Source of the DNA: the human T2T-CHM13v2.0 reference genome, Homo sapiens
Length of the DNA: 64,000 bases
Reading direction: 5' to 3' (one strand)
Assembly: GCF_009914755.1 (NCBI RefSeq)
Contig: NC_060925.1
The position numbers and the translations under genes were made by a program. The stretch's first letter is position 1. Every line of letters starts with the position of its first letter. The notes under the pieces are model-generated. The model was not told where the DNA came from. It ran no database searches and worked only from the letters and a program-made list of their open reading frames with translations. Positions 1 through 15,923 of the stretch are shown piece after piece.

Positions 1-912
1 TTATTTCACTTTATATAATGTCCTTCAGGCTCATCTATGTTGCCACGAATGACAGGATTTCATTCTTTTTTTATGGATAAATAGTATTCCATGCTGTATA
101 TATGCCACATTTTCCTTATCCATTCATCTGTTGTTGGACACTTGGGTTGATTCCATATCTTGGCTATTGTGAATAGTGCTGCAATAAACATTGGGGTGTA
201 GATATCTCTGTGATATACTGGTTTCCCTTTTTTTTTTAGATATCTACCTAGTGGGATTGCTAGATCATATGGTAGTTCTATTTGTAGTTTTTTGAGGAAG
301 CTTTATGCTCTTTTCCATTGTGGCTGTACTCTTCCACATTCCTACCAACAGCATGTAAGAGTGCCCTTTTCCTTACAACCTCAACAGTATTTGTGATTTC
401 TCTTTTTGATAATAGCCACTTTAACTGAGGTGAGATTATACCTTATTGTGGCTTTGATTTTCATTTTCTTTGTGATTAGTGATGTTGAGGATTTATTCAT
501 ATATTTGTTGGCTATTTGTATATCTTCTTGTTAGAAATATTTATTCAGATCATTTGCTAATTTTTTAATTGAATTGTTTGATTTCATTGCTTTTGAGATG
601 TTTGAGTTTCTTGTATATTCTGGATGTGAAGCCTTGTCACAGGAATAGTTTATAAATATTTTCTTTCATTCTGTACATTGCCTTTTCACTGTGTCAATTG
701 TTCTCTTTATTGTGCAGAAGCTTTTTGGTTTGATGTAATCCCATTTATTTTTGTTTTTGTTGCCTGCGTGTTTGAGCTCTTATTCATAAAATCACTTCTC
801 AGACTAATGTCCTGGATAGTTTTCCCTGTTGCTTCTAGTAATGTTATAGTTTCAAGTCTCATACTTAGAATTTTAATCTATTTTGAGTTGATTTTTATAT
901 AGAGTGAGAGAT
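1..912 (-). mobile_element. L1 fragment (ORF2 3' end/3'UTR; L1MA-like), runs off window start
   Basis: Typical antisense L1 3' text (ggctattgtgaatagtgctgcaataaacat; ttagtgatgttgagga; tttgagttgatttttatat). Confidence 0.9.
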
Positions 913-914
913 AA

Positions 915-2635
915 ATGCCCTTCAAAATTGGAATCAATCCTCTCAAACCCTACTGCTGCTTTATTAATTAAGTTTATGTAATATTCTATTTGTTGTCTTT
1001 TAAACAATGTTCATGGTATCTTCACTAGGAGTAGATTTCATCTCAAGAAACTACATTATTTGCTCATCCGTAAGAAGCAACTCCTCATCTGTTCAAATTT
1101 TATCATGAGATTACAGAAATTCAGTCTCATCTTCTGGCTCTACTTCTAATTCTTATTCTCTTGCGATTTCTAGCATATTTGCAGTTACTTCCTCCACTGA
1201 AGTCTTGAACCCTTCAAAGTCAATCATGATGGCTTGAATCAACTCCTTCCAAACTCCTGTTAATGGTGACATCTTAACCTCTTCCCATGTTCTTAATGGC
1301 AACTAGATGATAAACCCTTCCCAGAAGGTTTTCAATTGACATTTCCCAGATACATCAGAGGAATCACTATCTATGGCAGCCATAGCCCTTTGAAATTTAT
1401 TTCTCAAATAATAAGACTTGAAAGTCAAAATTACTCCTTGAGCCATGGACTGTAGAATGGATGTTGTGATAGCAGGCATGGAAACAACACTTTTCTCCTT
1501 TTACATATTCATTGGAGTTATTGGGTGACTATGTGTGTCAATGAACAGTAATATTTTTAAAGTATTTTTTTCTGAGCAGTAGGTCTCAATAATGGCATTA
1601 AAATATTCAGTAAACCATACTATAAACAGATGTGCTATTATCCACACTTTTTTGTTACATTTCTAGAGCACAGACAAAGTAAAGTTAGCATAATTTTGAA
1701 AGGCCATAGGATTTTCAAAATGGCAAATGAGCAATGGCTTTAATTTAAAGTTTCCATGTGCAGTAGCCTTTGACAAGAGGGTCAGCCTCTCCTTTGAAGC
1801 TTTGAAGCCAGGCATTGACTTTTTCTCTCTAGCTATGAAAGATGGTATCTTCATCCAATAAAGCTGTTTTAATCTACATTGAAAATCAATTGTTTAGTGT
1901 AGCCACCTTCATCAATAATCTTAGCTAGATCTTCTGGATAACTTGCTGCAGCTTCTACATCAGCACTTGATGCTTCACCTTGCCCTTTTATATATGAAGA
2001 TGGCTTCGTTCTTAAACCTCATGATCCAACCTCTGCTAGCTTCCAACTTTTCTTTGCAGCTTCCTTACCTCTCTCAGACTTTACAAAATTAAAGAAAGTT
2101 AGGGCCTTGCTCTGGATTAGGCTTAGACTTAAAGGAATGTTGTGGCTGGTTTGATCTTCTATCTAGATCACTCAAATTTTCTCCATATCAGCAACAAGGT
2201 CATTTCACTTTCCTATCATTTGTGTGTTCACTGGAGGAGAACTTTTCATTTCCTTCAAGAACTTTTTCTTTGCATTCACAACTTGGCTAAACATTTGGCA
2301 GAAGGTGCCTAGTATTCAGCTTATCTTGGCCTTTAACATGGTTTCCTCACTAAACTTAATTATTTCTAGCTTTTGATTTAAAGTGAGAAACATTAGGCTC
2401 TTTTTTTCACTTGAACACTTAGAAGCCATTATAAGGTTATTAAATGGTCTAATTTCAACGTTTCCTCTTAGAGAATAGGGATACCTGAGGAAAGGAAAAG
2501 AGACAGAGGAACAGGTGGTTGGTGGAGCAGTCAGAACACACACATTTATTGATTAACATCGCCGTCTTATATGGGTATGGTTTGTGGTGACCCACAACAA
2601 TCCCAATAGTAACATCAAAGGATCACTGATCACAG
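915..2635 (-). mobile_element. Tigger1 DNA transposon (TcMar-Tigger), internal fragment with decayed transposase; no TIRs seen
   Basis: Minus ORFs give MASKCSSEKKS...LTLNQKLEIIKFSEE (transposase N-terminus) and [21 protein letters not shown]; 2550-2635 matches the Tigger1 5' non-coding region. Confidence 0.93.
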
Positions 2636-2897
2636 GGAGATTGAGTGACTTCTGTCCTGGTGAGGTAACAACAGAAAGAATCCCCTCCACCAAGAAGGCT
2701 GCCCTTCCCAAATCCTCCTCAAATTGGCCTGCGTGGTAGTCTCCCAAGATATTTCTTTTCCTCCTTAGTGATATACAACTTTTGTTCATTTTGGTCATAG
2801 GAGAAATTCCAAGAAATAAGAGAGGTAAGTTGAAGTGACTGACAAAGGATGGAATGCCACAGCTGTTGAGGTTGAGAGGTAGGCTCAGCAGTCCACC

Positions 2898-2965
2898 CTT
2901 GTGTGATCTTGAGCAAGCTCAGTGACCTCAGAGCCTATGTTTCTCACTGGTTAAATGAATATAAC
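2898..2965 (+). mobile_element. MIR core fragment
   Basis: tgtgtgatcttgagcaag...tttctcactggttaaatg resembles the MIR core. Confidence 0.55.
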
Positions 2966-5664
2966 ACAGGTGGCTGGGGAAAATTGTGGACAGGTGACAG
3001 GACTAACGTGCAGCTCCCACTTGGATGGACAGAACAGTGTGTGGAGACTCACACTGTGAAGTTTTGCTCCAAGAACCACTGCAGGGACATACCAGGAAAA
3101 CCAAAAGAATTCACAGACCCTTTGAAAGAAGCAGTTTGCCACTATGAACTCCCGAGACAGCTGAAAACCTGTGAGTTCCCAAAGTGTGAGGGGGGGAAAA
3201 GTCCACTTTGAATTCTTATCCCCATTGAGGAAAATGGAAATCCAGATCATAGGAGAAGAATTTAACCTTACCTAAAGCTGAAATGGATATAGGGAGCCAA
3301 GTGAAATATAAAAGCAGAAGCAGCAGAAGGAAGAGCCCTGTAGGCACTCCTGGTCATCAGCTCGAGCCCAGGAAAGCCATCCCTGGCTTTATTACCTCAA
3401 AGGGGTCCTTGGAGAAAGCAGCCAGTGAAATTGGGCAGGGGCCACAAGGTGAAGGAAGCTTCTAGTTTATTACAATTAAATTTTGTAATAACTTTGACTG
3501 AGCATGAATTTTCCTGAGTAGAATCTGGGTTTGAGGGGGGCAGACAGGAAGTGCAGATACAAGCACAGAAGTGACAGTTGATGGTGAGGGCAGGTGGGGA
3601 AAGGAGAGGACTGAGAGCCCTGCTTGCTTTCTCAGAAGGGAGGCTTGTAGCCTTGGGCAAAATATCAGCCCTGCTCACAGGCTGCCTGGATATAAACTTG
3701 GTGCTGTTAGTGGGGCACAGTGAGAGTGAGACTGGCCTTGCTGGCTGCGTGGGAACTAAGTGAGGCCTGTCACTGCCGGCTTTTCCCCACTTCCCTGGTG
3801 ACCTGTATGACATAGCAGAGGCAGCCATAATCCCCCTGGGAACATAACTCCATTGGCCTGAGAACCAACACCCATCCCCCACAGTGGCCACATCAAGCCC
3901 TGCTCAAGGAAAGTCTGAGCTCAGACCTGCTTAACCCTGTCCCCAACTGATGGTTTTTCTCTACCTGCCCTGGTAGGCAAAGCAAAAGACATGAACACTT
4001 GGGAACTCTATGGCCCTGCCAATTGCCTGAGAAACCCAAGTACTTATCCTGGCCAATGTAGGACAAGCTTATATCCCCCTTCTATTACCACAGTTGGTGC
4101 TCTCTTCAAAGTGCCACCTCCTGGCTGGAGGCCAACTAACTCAAGCCATTACAGCAACTCAAAACAGAACAACTCTGCTACAAATAAGGAAAAAACAACA
4201 GTTAATTCTACTGCCTGCAACACCATGGCTAATCAGAGGTCCTGAGTCTATCTGTGTGACAACTTCACTGCTAGCATAACCAGCATTCAAGAAAACCAGT
4301 GCACTAAACAAAACTACAACCAAGGACTCCCACAGAGTCCACTTCACTCCCCTGCCACCTGCACTAGAGCAGGTGGGGGTATTCATGGCTGGGAGACCTG
4401 AAGACAGATCACATCAGAGGACTCTTTGCAGACATTCTCCAGCATCAGCCAGGAGCCCAGGAGCCCCAGTGGGTAGCTAGACTCAGAAAGATAAAAACAA
4501 TTGCTACACTCTGGCTCTCAGGAAACCTGGTCATGAAGGGAAGGAGGAGAGCACCACATCAAGGGATCACCCCATGGGACAAAAGAATCTGAATGGCAGT
4601 CCTTGAGTTTTAGATCTTTCCACTAAAACTGTCTACCCAAATGAGAAAAAAACAGAAAAGTAATTCTGGTAATATGAGAAAACAAGGTTCTATAAAACCC
4701 TCAAAAATCACACTAGCTCTCCATCAGTGGATCCCAACCAAGAAGAAATCTCTGAATTGCCAGATAAAGATTCATAAGGTTGATTATTAAGCTACTCAAA
4801 GAGGTACCAGAGAAAGGTGAAAACCAACTTAAAGAAATAAAAAAAATACATGATATGGATGAAAATGTCTCCAGAGAAATAGATATCACAATGAAAAGAC
4901 AATTGCAACTTCTGGAAATGATAAATTCACTTAGATAAATGCAAAATACACTGGAAAGTTTCAACAATAGAATTGAACAAGTAGAAGAAAGAACATCAGA
5001 GCTCAAAGACAAGGCTTTTGAAGTAACCAAATCTGCCAGAGACAAAGAAAAAAGAATTTTCAAGAAATGAACAAGGCTCCAATAAATTAGAGATTATGGT
5101 AAATGACCAAGCATAAGAATAATTGGTGTTCCTCAGGAAGAAGAGAACTCTAAAGTTTGGAAAACTTATTTGAGGGAATAATTGAGGAAAATTCCTTGCT
5201 CTTGTTAGAGATCTAGACATCCAAATACAAGAAGCTCAAAGAACACCTGGGAAATTCATCACAAAGAGATCATTGCCTAGGCACATACTCATCAGGTTAT
5301 TTAAACTCAAGACGAAGGAAAGAATCTTAAGAGCTGGGAGGCAAAAAGGAAAACCTATCAGAGTAAGAGCAAATGTCCCAACAGATACCCTACAAGATAG
5401 AAGGGATTGGAGTCCTATTTTTAGCCTCTTTGACAAGATAATTATCAGTCAAGAATTTTGTATCCAGTGAAACTAAGCTTCATAAATGAAGGAGAAACGA
5501 AGTCTTTTTCAGACAAGCAAATGCTGAGAGAATTTACCACTACCAAGCAAACACTACAAGTAATGCTAAAAGAAATTTGTTTCTAAATCTTGAAACAAAA
5601 CCTCAAAATATACAAAAATAGAGCCTCCTGAAAGCATAAATCTCACAGGGCCTATAAAACTATA

Positions 5665-5711
5665 ACACACACACACGCGCGCTCGCGCACACACACACAC
5701 ACACACGCACA
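5665..5711. repeat. (CA)n/(CG)n compound microsatellite in the L1 inter-ORF spacer
   Basis: acacacacacacgcgcgctcgcgcacacacacacacacacgcaca. Confidence 0.95.
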
Positions 5712-5820
5712 AAAAGGTGACCAGGCAACAACTAGCATAATGAATAGAACAGTACCGTACATATCAATACTAACATGGAAAGTAAATGGTCTAAATGCAC
5801 CACTTAAAAGATACAGAATG

Positions 5821-6186
<366 letters not shown>

Positions 6187-6327
6187 TCAAGAGACTTACC
6201 TAACACATAAGGACTCACATAAACTTCAGGTAAAGAGATGGAAAAAGATATTCCATGCAAATGGAAACCAAAAGCAAGCAGGAGTAGCTACTCTTATATC
6301 AGACAGACTTTAAAGCAACAGCAGTTA

Positions 6328-6638
6328 GGCCAGGCATGGTGGCTCACACCTGTAATCCCAGCACTTTGGGAGGCCAAGGCAGGCAGATCATGAGTTCAGG
6401 AGATCAAGACCATCCTGGCTAACACGGTGAAACCCTGTCTCTACTAAAAATACAAAAAAATTAGCCAGGCTTGGTGGCAGGTGCCTGAAGTCCCAGCTAC
6501 TCAGGAGGCTGAGCCAGGAGAATGACATGAACCTGGGAGGTGGAGCTTGCAGTAAGCCTAGATCACACCACTGCACTCCATCCTGGGCGACAGAGTGAGA
6601 TTCCATCTCAAAACAAACAAACAAACAACAAAAAAAAA
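6328..6638 (+). mobile_element. AluY-type element
   Basis: catcctggctaacacggtg and ggagcttgcagt diagnostics; TSD aacagcagtta on both sides. Confidence 0.95.
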
Positions 6639-6985
6639 AACAGCAGTTAAAAAATACAAAGATGGACACTATATAATTATAAAAGGATTAGTCCAACAGA
6701 AAAATATCATAATTCTAAATATATGTGCAACTAACTCTGGAGCTCCCAAATTTATAAAACAATTACTGCTAGACCTAAGAAATGAGATAGATGGCAACAC
6801 AATAATAGTGGGGGACTTCAATACTCTACTGACAGCACTAGACAGGTCATCAAGAGAGAAAGACAACAAAGAAACAATGGACATAAACTCTATCCTAGAA
6901 CAAATGGACTTAATAGATATTTATAGAACATTCTACCCAACAACTGCAGAATATACAGTCTTTTCATCAACACGTGGAACATTCT

Positions 6986-8541
<1,556 letters not shown>

Positions 8542-9587
8542 AAAATCAATGTACAAAAATCAGTAGTATTTTTATACAACAATAATGTTATCGCTGAGAA
8601 CCAAATTGAGAACACAGTTTCATCTACAATAGCCACAAAGAAAATGAAATTCCTAGGAATCCATCTGACCAGGGAGGTGAACGACCTCTACAAGAATTAC
8701 AAAACACTGCTAAAATAAATCAAAGATGACATACACAAATTAAAAAACAAATTCCATGATCATGGATTGGAAGAATCGATATAGTTAAAATGGCCATAGT
8801 GCCCAGAGCAATTTATAGATTTAATACTATTCTTATCAAAATACCAACATTATTTTTCACAGAACTAGAAAAAAACTACTCTAAAATTCATTTGGAATAA
8901 AAAAAGAGCCTGAATAGCTAAATCCTAAGCAAAAAGAACAAAGCCAGAGGTACCACATTGCCTGACTTCAAACTATACTGTAAGGTTACAGTAATCAAAA
9001 CAGCATGGTACTGGTATGGTACAAAAACAGATCAGTAGAACAGAATTGTGAACCCAGAAATAAACCCACACACCAACAACCATCTGGTCTTTGACAAAAA
9101 CAACAAAAATAAGCAATGTGAAATGGACTGTCTATTCAATAAATGGTGCTGGGAAAATTGTCTAGCCATATGCAGAAGAATGAAACTGGACCCCTACCTC
9201 TCAACGTATATGAAAATTAATTTAAGATGGATTAAAGATTTAAATGTAAGACCTGAAACTATAAAAATCATAGAAGAAAACCTAGGAAATACCCTTGTTA
9301 ATGTTGGCTTTGGCAATAAATTTATGGCTAAGTGACCAAAAGCAATTGCAACGAAAACAAAATTGACAAATATGACCTAATTAAACAAAAGAGCTTCTGC
9401 ACAGCAAAAGAAATTATCAACAGGGTAAACAGACAACCTACAGAATGGGAGAATACACTTGCAAACTATGCCTCTGACAAAAGTCTAATATCTAGACTCT
9501 ACAGGGAACTTAAACAAATCAACAAGCAAAAAACAAACAATCCAATTGAAAAATGGGCAAAGGACATGAATAGACACTTTTCAAAAG
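8542..9587 (+). mobile_element. L1 ORF2 segment (inverted arm of a twin-primed L1)
   Basis: KINVQKSV...[14 protein letters not shown]; [23 protein letters not shown]; [13 protein letters not shown]. Confidence 0.92.
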
Positions 9588-12421
9588 GTGAGGTATTTGA
9601 TCCTTTGTTGCAAGCTGCTTTCAATTTCCTCACAAATGCATGGTTCAGAGGTTATTTGGAAATTTCAGCTGAGTTTAAACATTGAATTAGGGCTGCCATC
9701 CTTTGACTCTTTCCTCCTCACTCTCTGGTGGCTATGGTTGCCACAGGTTTGCTTTATCTGCTTTATTTGGCTAAAAATATGTCAGGGTTTTTAAATCAGA
9801 ATTGTAGTTACATGGCATTGTCTACACTATGATTGTGGGTACCTTCAAAATAAAGCCACATAAAGCACGGAACTTGCTCCATTTGGTTCCTTCATCTCGT
9901 GTTTCAACTTTCCTCCACAACCTTCTGCTTTTGCTCAGTCTCCAGAGTTTTCAAGTTAGTTAGTGTTTTGTATCTTTTCCCAAGTTCTGTTATTTGCGGT
10001 AGCTCACTACTCCATACTGGAGATGAAATTTTAATTCCAATTTTTAAAATTTCACAATAAGTTCAATTTTTGTAACTTTAAGGTTTTATGAAGTCATTAA
10101 CTGAGATGAATAAAGATGTTTTACTAAACACATGAAGTTTGACGTTAAAGTTTATGATTCCCAAGTTGCCATCTTATTTCATCCTCAGCATCCAATTTCA
10201 TTTCCTGTTTTGTTTTGGTTGCACAGTATTGAGAAAGCTTGATTTATATGAGTACACAATTGTAAAAGATAGTTTTTAAAAAAAATAATTTATCTTAGCA
10301 TATCAGTCAATAAAACAGAAGCTTTATTTTGAGGTTTGCATAAAGAGGAGTCAGATTGGCAACATGATCTTCTAATCCAAGTTTTTTATAAACATTCTGT
10401 GAGAAGCTAACATCCATCGTCAAATGTGTTTGGGAGAATTTGCCTAGTATACTCCACTAGAGAATCATGACAAATTCTAGATCTTGAGGAGAAATCTTTT
10501 AAATCCAATTCAACTCATGTTTCCCAAAATTACTTATCACATACTCCTTATTTCAAAAAATACCTGGTAACAAATTGTAGGATCTGTGTTTTAAAATTTG
10601 GAAAACAAAAATTCATAATCCCAAAGGAAAGGAGAAAAATATAAGCATCCAAAATAGTGCCTACCGTATAGTAGGTAACTAATGGATGCTAACACGCATT
10701 ATTTTACTTAATCCTTACAATAACTGTATGAGGAAGATTTTGTTTTCCTGTTCAGACGAGAAAACTTGGGCACAAGAAGCTATTTTTTTAAACATACAAA
10801 ATGCTATCTCATATCCCAAGGGGCAGACAGTGTCCTTGGACAGCCAAGGGCTATTGCTTCAGTCCCACCCAAGCATCAAAGTGGACTCAGTGGGGATAGA
10901 GCTGAACAGGGGTCAAGAGTCCAAGAATTCTCAGGATAGTAATCAGGGAAGGCAACCAGTATTGTTTTGGAGAACAGACAAGGCAGTGGCCAGAAAAATG
11001 GTACTGAGAAACATCAATAAAAGAGCTGAGAAAATAAATAGGGGAATTTAGCAGAAATATGAATACTTGGGGAGGTCGGGAACAATAATTACTTAAGAAG
11101 GACAAAAGTGAGAGGAGCAGCAATCCAAACCTAAGGTCATCTTACAAGGGGATTAGGATTTTGTATAGCAATAGGTTTAACTATTATAAAGGATTGTTTA
11201 AGGAAACGTACAGGTTAATAAAAGACATAACAAATTTTCAAACAAGCTTTAGAGAAAAAATGCTAATAGATGTCATAGGAGGGGACAAAGGCTATACACT
11301 AGTGCAGTCATGGAGGCTTCCTTGAAGAAATGGGTTATGAGTCAACACTGAAGTCAAGACAGGATTCATATGGCCTGGATCAGTAGAGAAAAAACATTTA
11401 TATAATTGTCAAGAATTCTACTTTTACCTGTTATGTGGCAATGTGTACCCTTACCAATATAAAATGTCTAGGAAAATAATTTGTGAATTTCAAATTTTAT
11501 TGAGGGCCTACTATGTGAAAATTATTTTAAAAAAGTAATTGGGGCTTCTTTATTTTAAGACATAATAATTAATTTTATTTTCCTAATCCAAGTAATTTTA
11601 ACAAATAGTTTTTTCATTGTTCAGTTCCTTAGACTTTATGTTGCATGGTGGAAAAGAAATCAGCCAACTTCCTGGCTTTAGCACTACTTTCCACTCTAAA
11701 GTTATCTATGCAAGACAAGTGACAATTTATCTCATTACAATATTTTAAGTGAAAAACTTGATTTTTCCAAGTATTTTGGCTTCTAGTAAAATGTTTTCCA
11801 GCCTAACTTCTATAATCCACTATACTTTCAATCATCCATTCTGTGCTAAGAATTTTTGCAAGTTCCTCAAAGGCAAGGGCCATGTCCTATATGTACATTT
11901 ATTTCACTTTAAAGTAAAAATCATTTTCCATTATAAAAAGATTGCATTTTAAAAATAGAGAAAATATCACATAGTTGTAATACCCAGGGATAACTTCTGT
12001 TAAGAGTTTGCTGTATTTTTCTACAGTCTGCTTCTGCCACATATATTTCTTACATAATTGTGATCAGATCATATATACAAAATATGATATATAGAGTTAA
12101 AATATTATGTCTACCTTTTCTGATTATAATACAATTACAGGACAATAATTAGAAATTTAGAATTTTAGAAGAGTATAAAGAGAAAACACAAATGATGTAA
12201 AAATCCATCTATCCAGAGACAAAATATATATTTTGGCTTATTTCTTTAGAATCTTTTTCCTTTTTTCCAAACCTAATTAAATTTATACTATGTTGTAATG
12301 ATTTTGAAGCATAATTAACACAAGCAACATTTTATAGAGAGAATCAGGTGTGTGATTATTTAGAAAGAGGCTTGGTGACTAATGATATCTAGGACGAGGT
12401 GGTTTCTCAGTACTTTCCTAA

Positions 12422-12705
12422 TTATTTATTTAGAAACAGAGTCTCACTCTGTCACCCACACTGGAGTTCAGTGGTGCAATCTCGGCCCACTGCCTCCTGG
12501 GTTCAAGCGATTCTCCCGCCTCAGCCTGCTGAGTAGCTGGGATTACAGGCGCCCACCACCATACCTGGCTAATTTTTGCATTTTTAGTAGAGACCAGATT
12601 TTGCCATGTTGGCCAGGCTGGTCTCGAACTCCTGGCCTCAAGCAATCAGCTTGCCTCAGCCTTTCAAAGCGGTGGGATTACGGGCGTGAGCCACCATGCC
12701 CAGCC
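12422..12705 (-). mobile_element. Alu (AluS/J-type)
   Basis: Antisense dimeric Alu; diverged TSD cagtactttccta / cagtatgtttcta. Confidence 0.93.
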
Positions 12706-13149
12706 AGTATGTTTCTATTTTAAAATAAAGACATGAAGAAATTATAAAATGTTTCTGACAATGAATTAAGGTGTATATGCTATATGGAGCAGCATTAAGC
12801 CATTTAGTTGGTTTTCTCCTTGTTTGTATGGAGGAGGGAAACATGTCCCTTCTTCAGAAATTTTGTTATCTCAAGCTACCTAACATGCAACTGTTGATCT
12901 CTGATTAGCAAATGCAGAGCTGTACGTCACCAGTGGCTTTTGTGCTCAATGTTTGTAGACAATTCTACTGATTTTTTTTTTTCATTGAGTGAAGGCGAAG
13001 CATGTAACGTGAAAAATACTTCTGTAATAATAGGGAATTATAACAACAACAATAACAACAATATGGTCATAATACCTACCACTTCAGAACGCTTACCATT
13101 TGTCAGGGACTATGTTAACCACTTCATATGGATTTATCACTTGAAATTT

Positions 13150-13850
13150 ATTCATTCACATGAATAAATTTAATATATGTAAGCTGCCTGCTAATTGCTG
13201 GGAATTAAATAATGAGAAAAGAAACCAGTTTCAGAAGGATCTAAATTTGCTGTCATGTAGTTTAGAGATTAGTGAGGAAGAGACTTGATCAGCAATCATG
13301 CCAACAACCAAATAATTACAAGCTGTTTGAACTCTGAAAGAAAGACCCACTGTTTTGAGAGCATCTGTGGCTGATAAACCTTCTCAAAACTAGGAATGCA
13401 TGGAAGGTTACCTGAGGAATAAGCTTTGACTAAAGTTTGCATATTGACAGGCAGCTAATTCAGCAAAAGAGGAGGAGAGTATGATTGGGGACAAACACAA
13501 GTAGTGTAAAATCAGGCTATGGACATAGGGAGATTCTAGATCAGGTAGGGTCCTTATAAGCTCTGCAAAGATTTCTGTCTTTATCATAGAACCAATGGAA
13601 ATTCACTGGGGAGCTTTCAAATATGGAATTAATATGTACATATCTATATGTTTGATGATGACACTGGCTACATTGTGGTGATGAAACCGAAGAAGGCCAG
13701 AGTGGATACAGAAGAGCTGGAACAAGAGTAATAGCAGCAGAGATGATGAGCAGGTACATGCATTCAGGGAAATTCTGGAAGCAAATTTGACAGTGGTTGG
13801 GCTCTCTTTTGGAATGGATACTAGGGGTGTGGCAGGCAGGTGAAGAAACA
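13150..13850 (-). mobile_element. L2 fragment
   Basis: L2 antisense 3' pattern (attcattcacatgaataaat...; gatcaggtagggtccttataag; ggagctttcaaatatgg). Confidence 0.6.
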
Positions 13851-13859
13851 GCAGGAAGG

Positions 13860-14500
13860 GGGTGGAATTCAAAAAGAAGTGGAGGAATTGGCCTTCAATA
13901 GAAGATAGAACAGATCCTCCAACTTCTCTTTGAGACATCTTTCCCTTTTGCATATTCAGCTCCTGGTTTAGGCCCTGATTAGTTTAGGCCAACCAGCATA
14001 GCCTATCCCCAGACCACAGTGATTGGTCAGGAATGAAGGTGTAAGCCAATCAGAGCCAATGAGATGCAAGGAGACATTCACAGGTGCTTTGGAGAAAATG
14101 AAGCTTCCCTGAAAGGTCTCCCATTCCCTGCACAATATGGTGTGACAATATGGCACTGGGTACTGCAGTCAGCAGTCATTACAGTGGGGTACTCAGAGAT
14201 GTCAGAGGCACTGTGTAAAGCTGAGGATGGTGGTGTCACCCAGGAAAGCAGAGGCAAGAGAGAATGGAAAAAAAAAATCAAAACCTGAAACAAATGAAGA
14301 TAACACTGTTATGATAGTGACATCATTTTGGCCTTTAAATTAAAGAAATCTTAGATTAAAGATTTCTTAATGTCAGCCCTGCTTCTGGACTTTTTGGTTA
14401 CATTCATCAGTAATTCCTTTTTTTTGTTTAACCCAAATCAAAGGTCGCTTTGAGTTGAGTTTGAGTTTTCTATGATTTCCCTACAATGTCCTGAGAGAGA
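13860..14500 (+). mobile_element. MaLR LTR (MLT1J/K-like) inserted in L2
   Basis: ccacagtgattggtcagg...ccaatcagagccaatgagatgcaaggagacatt; gttgagttttctatgattt near the end. Confidence 0.6.
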
Positions 14501-14509
14501 TACAGGTTT

Positions 14510-15500
14510 TCCCCATCAATTGACTTTCTCCAGCAGCAGTCAGCTTCTCTGATGCAGGTGAAGAGAAAGCAGATAGAGGAATTAATCCAGAGTTCAAATT
14601 TTGCCAAGTAGCTGTGATACAAAAGAAAGGGAGAGGGGTGTTGACAGGAGAGTTACGGAGACAATGGACTTACTGAGTCTAAATCATAAGGAGTGAAGCT
14701 AAAAAGATTAAGAGGTCTGACAGATTGTAGAAATGAAGGATCAATTCACAGCAGGTTCCAAAGAGGTTAAAAAATATTTGGACTAATAGCAAATTAACAA
14801 ACAAACTGGAAAGGCACAAAGTGATGGAGACAAAGCAGGTTGCTTGAACTAGTTATTTCAAATTTGAGAATATTTTGAATGGTGGCAAAGTAAAAAGTTG
14901 GAGTGACAGAGGGGATATCTGAAATGAAGTAAAGGAGAAAGGAGCGTAGCAAGTGAGAGGGCAGGCTGTTGGTTGACTCCATCCCCACAGAGATGGGACG
15001 ATCACCTGGGATGAGGGAAGGGATTGGGATGGCAAGGAGGACTCATTTAGTCTGTGATGTTCAACAAGGGTGTGGGAGAAACCGCAAGAGTTGAAGATAC
15101 TAGTGACGAGGGGAGGGTGGTATACCAACAGGCACAGGCCTAATGGGAACAGAATTTTTACAAGATGATGAAGAAACAGAAATCTGGAAGCAGAAATGGG
15201 ACATAAGGGACTCAACAAATCCACTCTAGTCCTGGGGTTCATGGAAGAAAATGGGAGAGAATAAAAAGATCCTGCATGTGAGGGCTGTCTGGGAAGTAAA
15301 ATCCAGCAGGAAAAAGCCCGGTCTCAGTTAAGGGAAGGAGTGAGTAGAACATTCTGAGAATAGACCGGGAGTAGAGAGGACTTTGCTGATTCTGGAGTGG
15401 CAAGTCTTCAGAATAGAAAGGATGAATTTAAAAGGTATCAGAGAAGTAGAGAGATGGGTTGAAGATGAGAGCTTTGCCTAGCCTTATGGTGAGGGTGGTA
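14510..15500 (-). mobile_element. Old L2-like purine-rich fragment
   Basis: GA-rich degenerate sequence continuing the L2 pattern. Confidence 0.4.
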
Positions 15501-15586
15501 TAGTTAAAGGCTATAGGGCAGCAGACAACCACCAAAGTAAGTTATATTTTGGGTGTTAACAGTTAAAAACAGGGATGGAAATTTAA

Positions 15587-15923
15587 GAGGCCGAGGGGGG
15601 AGGATCACTTGAGGCCAGGAGTTCAAGACCAGCCTGGACGATGTGGCAGAACACCATCTCTACTAAAAATACGAAAATTAGCCAAGTATGGTGGCGGGTG
15701 CCTGTAATCCTAGCTACTTGGGAGGCCGAGACAGGAGAATCACTTGAGCCCCAGGGACTGAGGTTGCAGCGGGCCAAGATCATGCCACTGCACTCTAGCC
15801 TGGGCAACAGAGCGAGACTCTGTCTCAAATAAAATAAAATAAAATAAAATAAAATAAAATAAAATAAAATAAAATAATAAAATAAAATAAAATAAAATAA
15901 AATAAAATAAAAATAGCAAAATA
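15587..15923 (+). mobile_element. 5'-truncated Alu with (TAAAA)n tail
   Basis: Starts at gaggccgagg; (aaaat)n ~15827-15923; TSD aaaaacagggatgg at 15565-15578 and 15924-15937. Confidence 0.95.

Noticed and set aside
1663-2543. TIGD1-like transposase ORFs as a domesticated gene
   Set aside because: Fragmented by stops and frameshifts and truncated at both ends; an ordinary Tigger1 fossil.
3397-4386. Cluster of 60-164 aa ORFs
   Set aside because: Lie in the GC-richer L1 5'UTR, where stop codons are sparse; no recognisable protein.
9590-10610. Possible old L1M 5' and Charlie-type fragments
   Set aside because: Too degenerate to call by eye; needs RepeatMasker.
14343-14368. 10-bp hairpin aagaaatctt-agatta-aagatttctt
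   Set aside because: Short, AT-rich and inside an LTR; plausible by chance.
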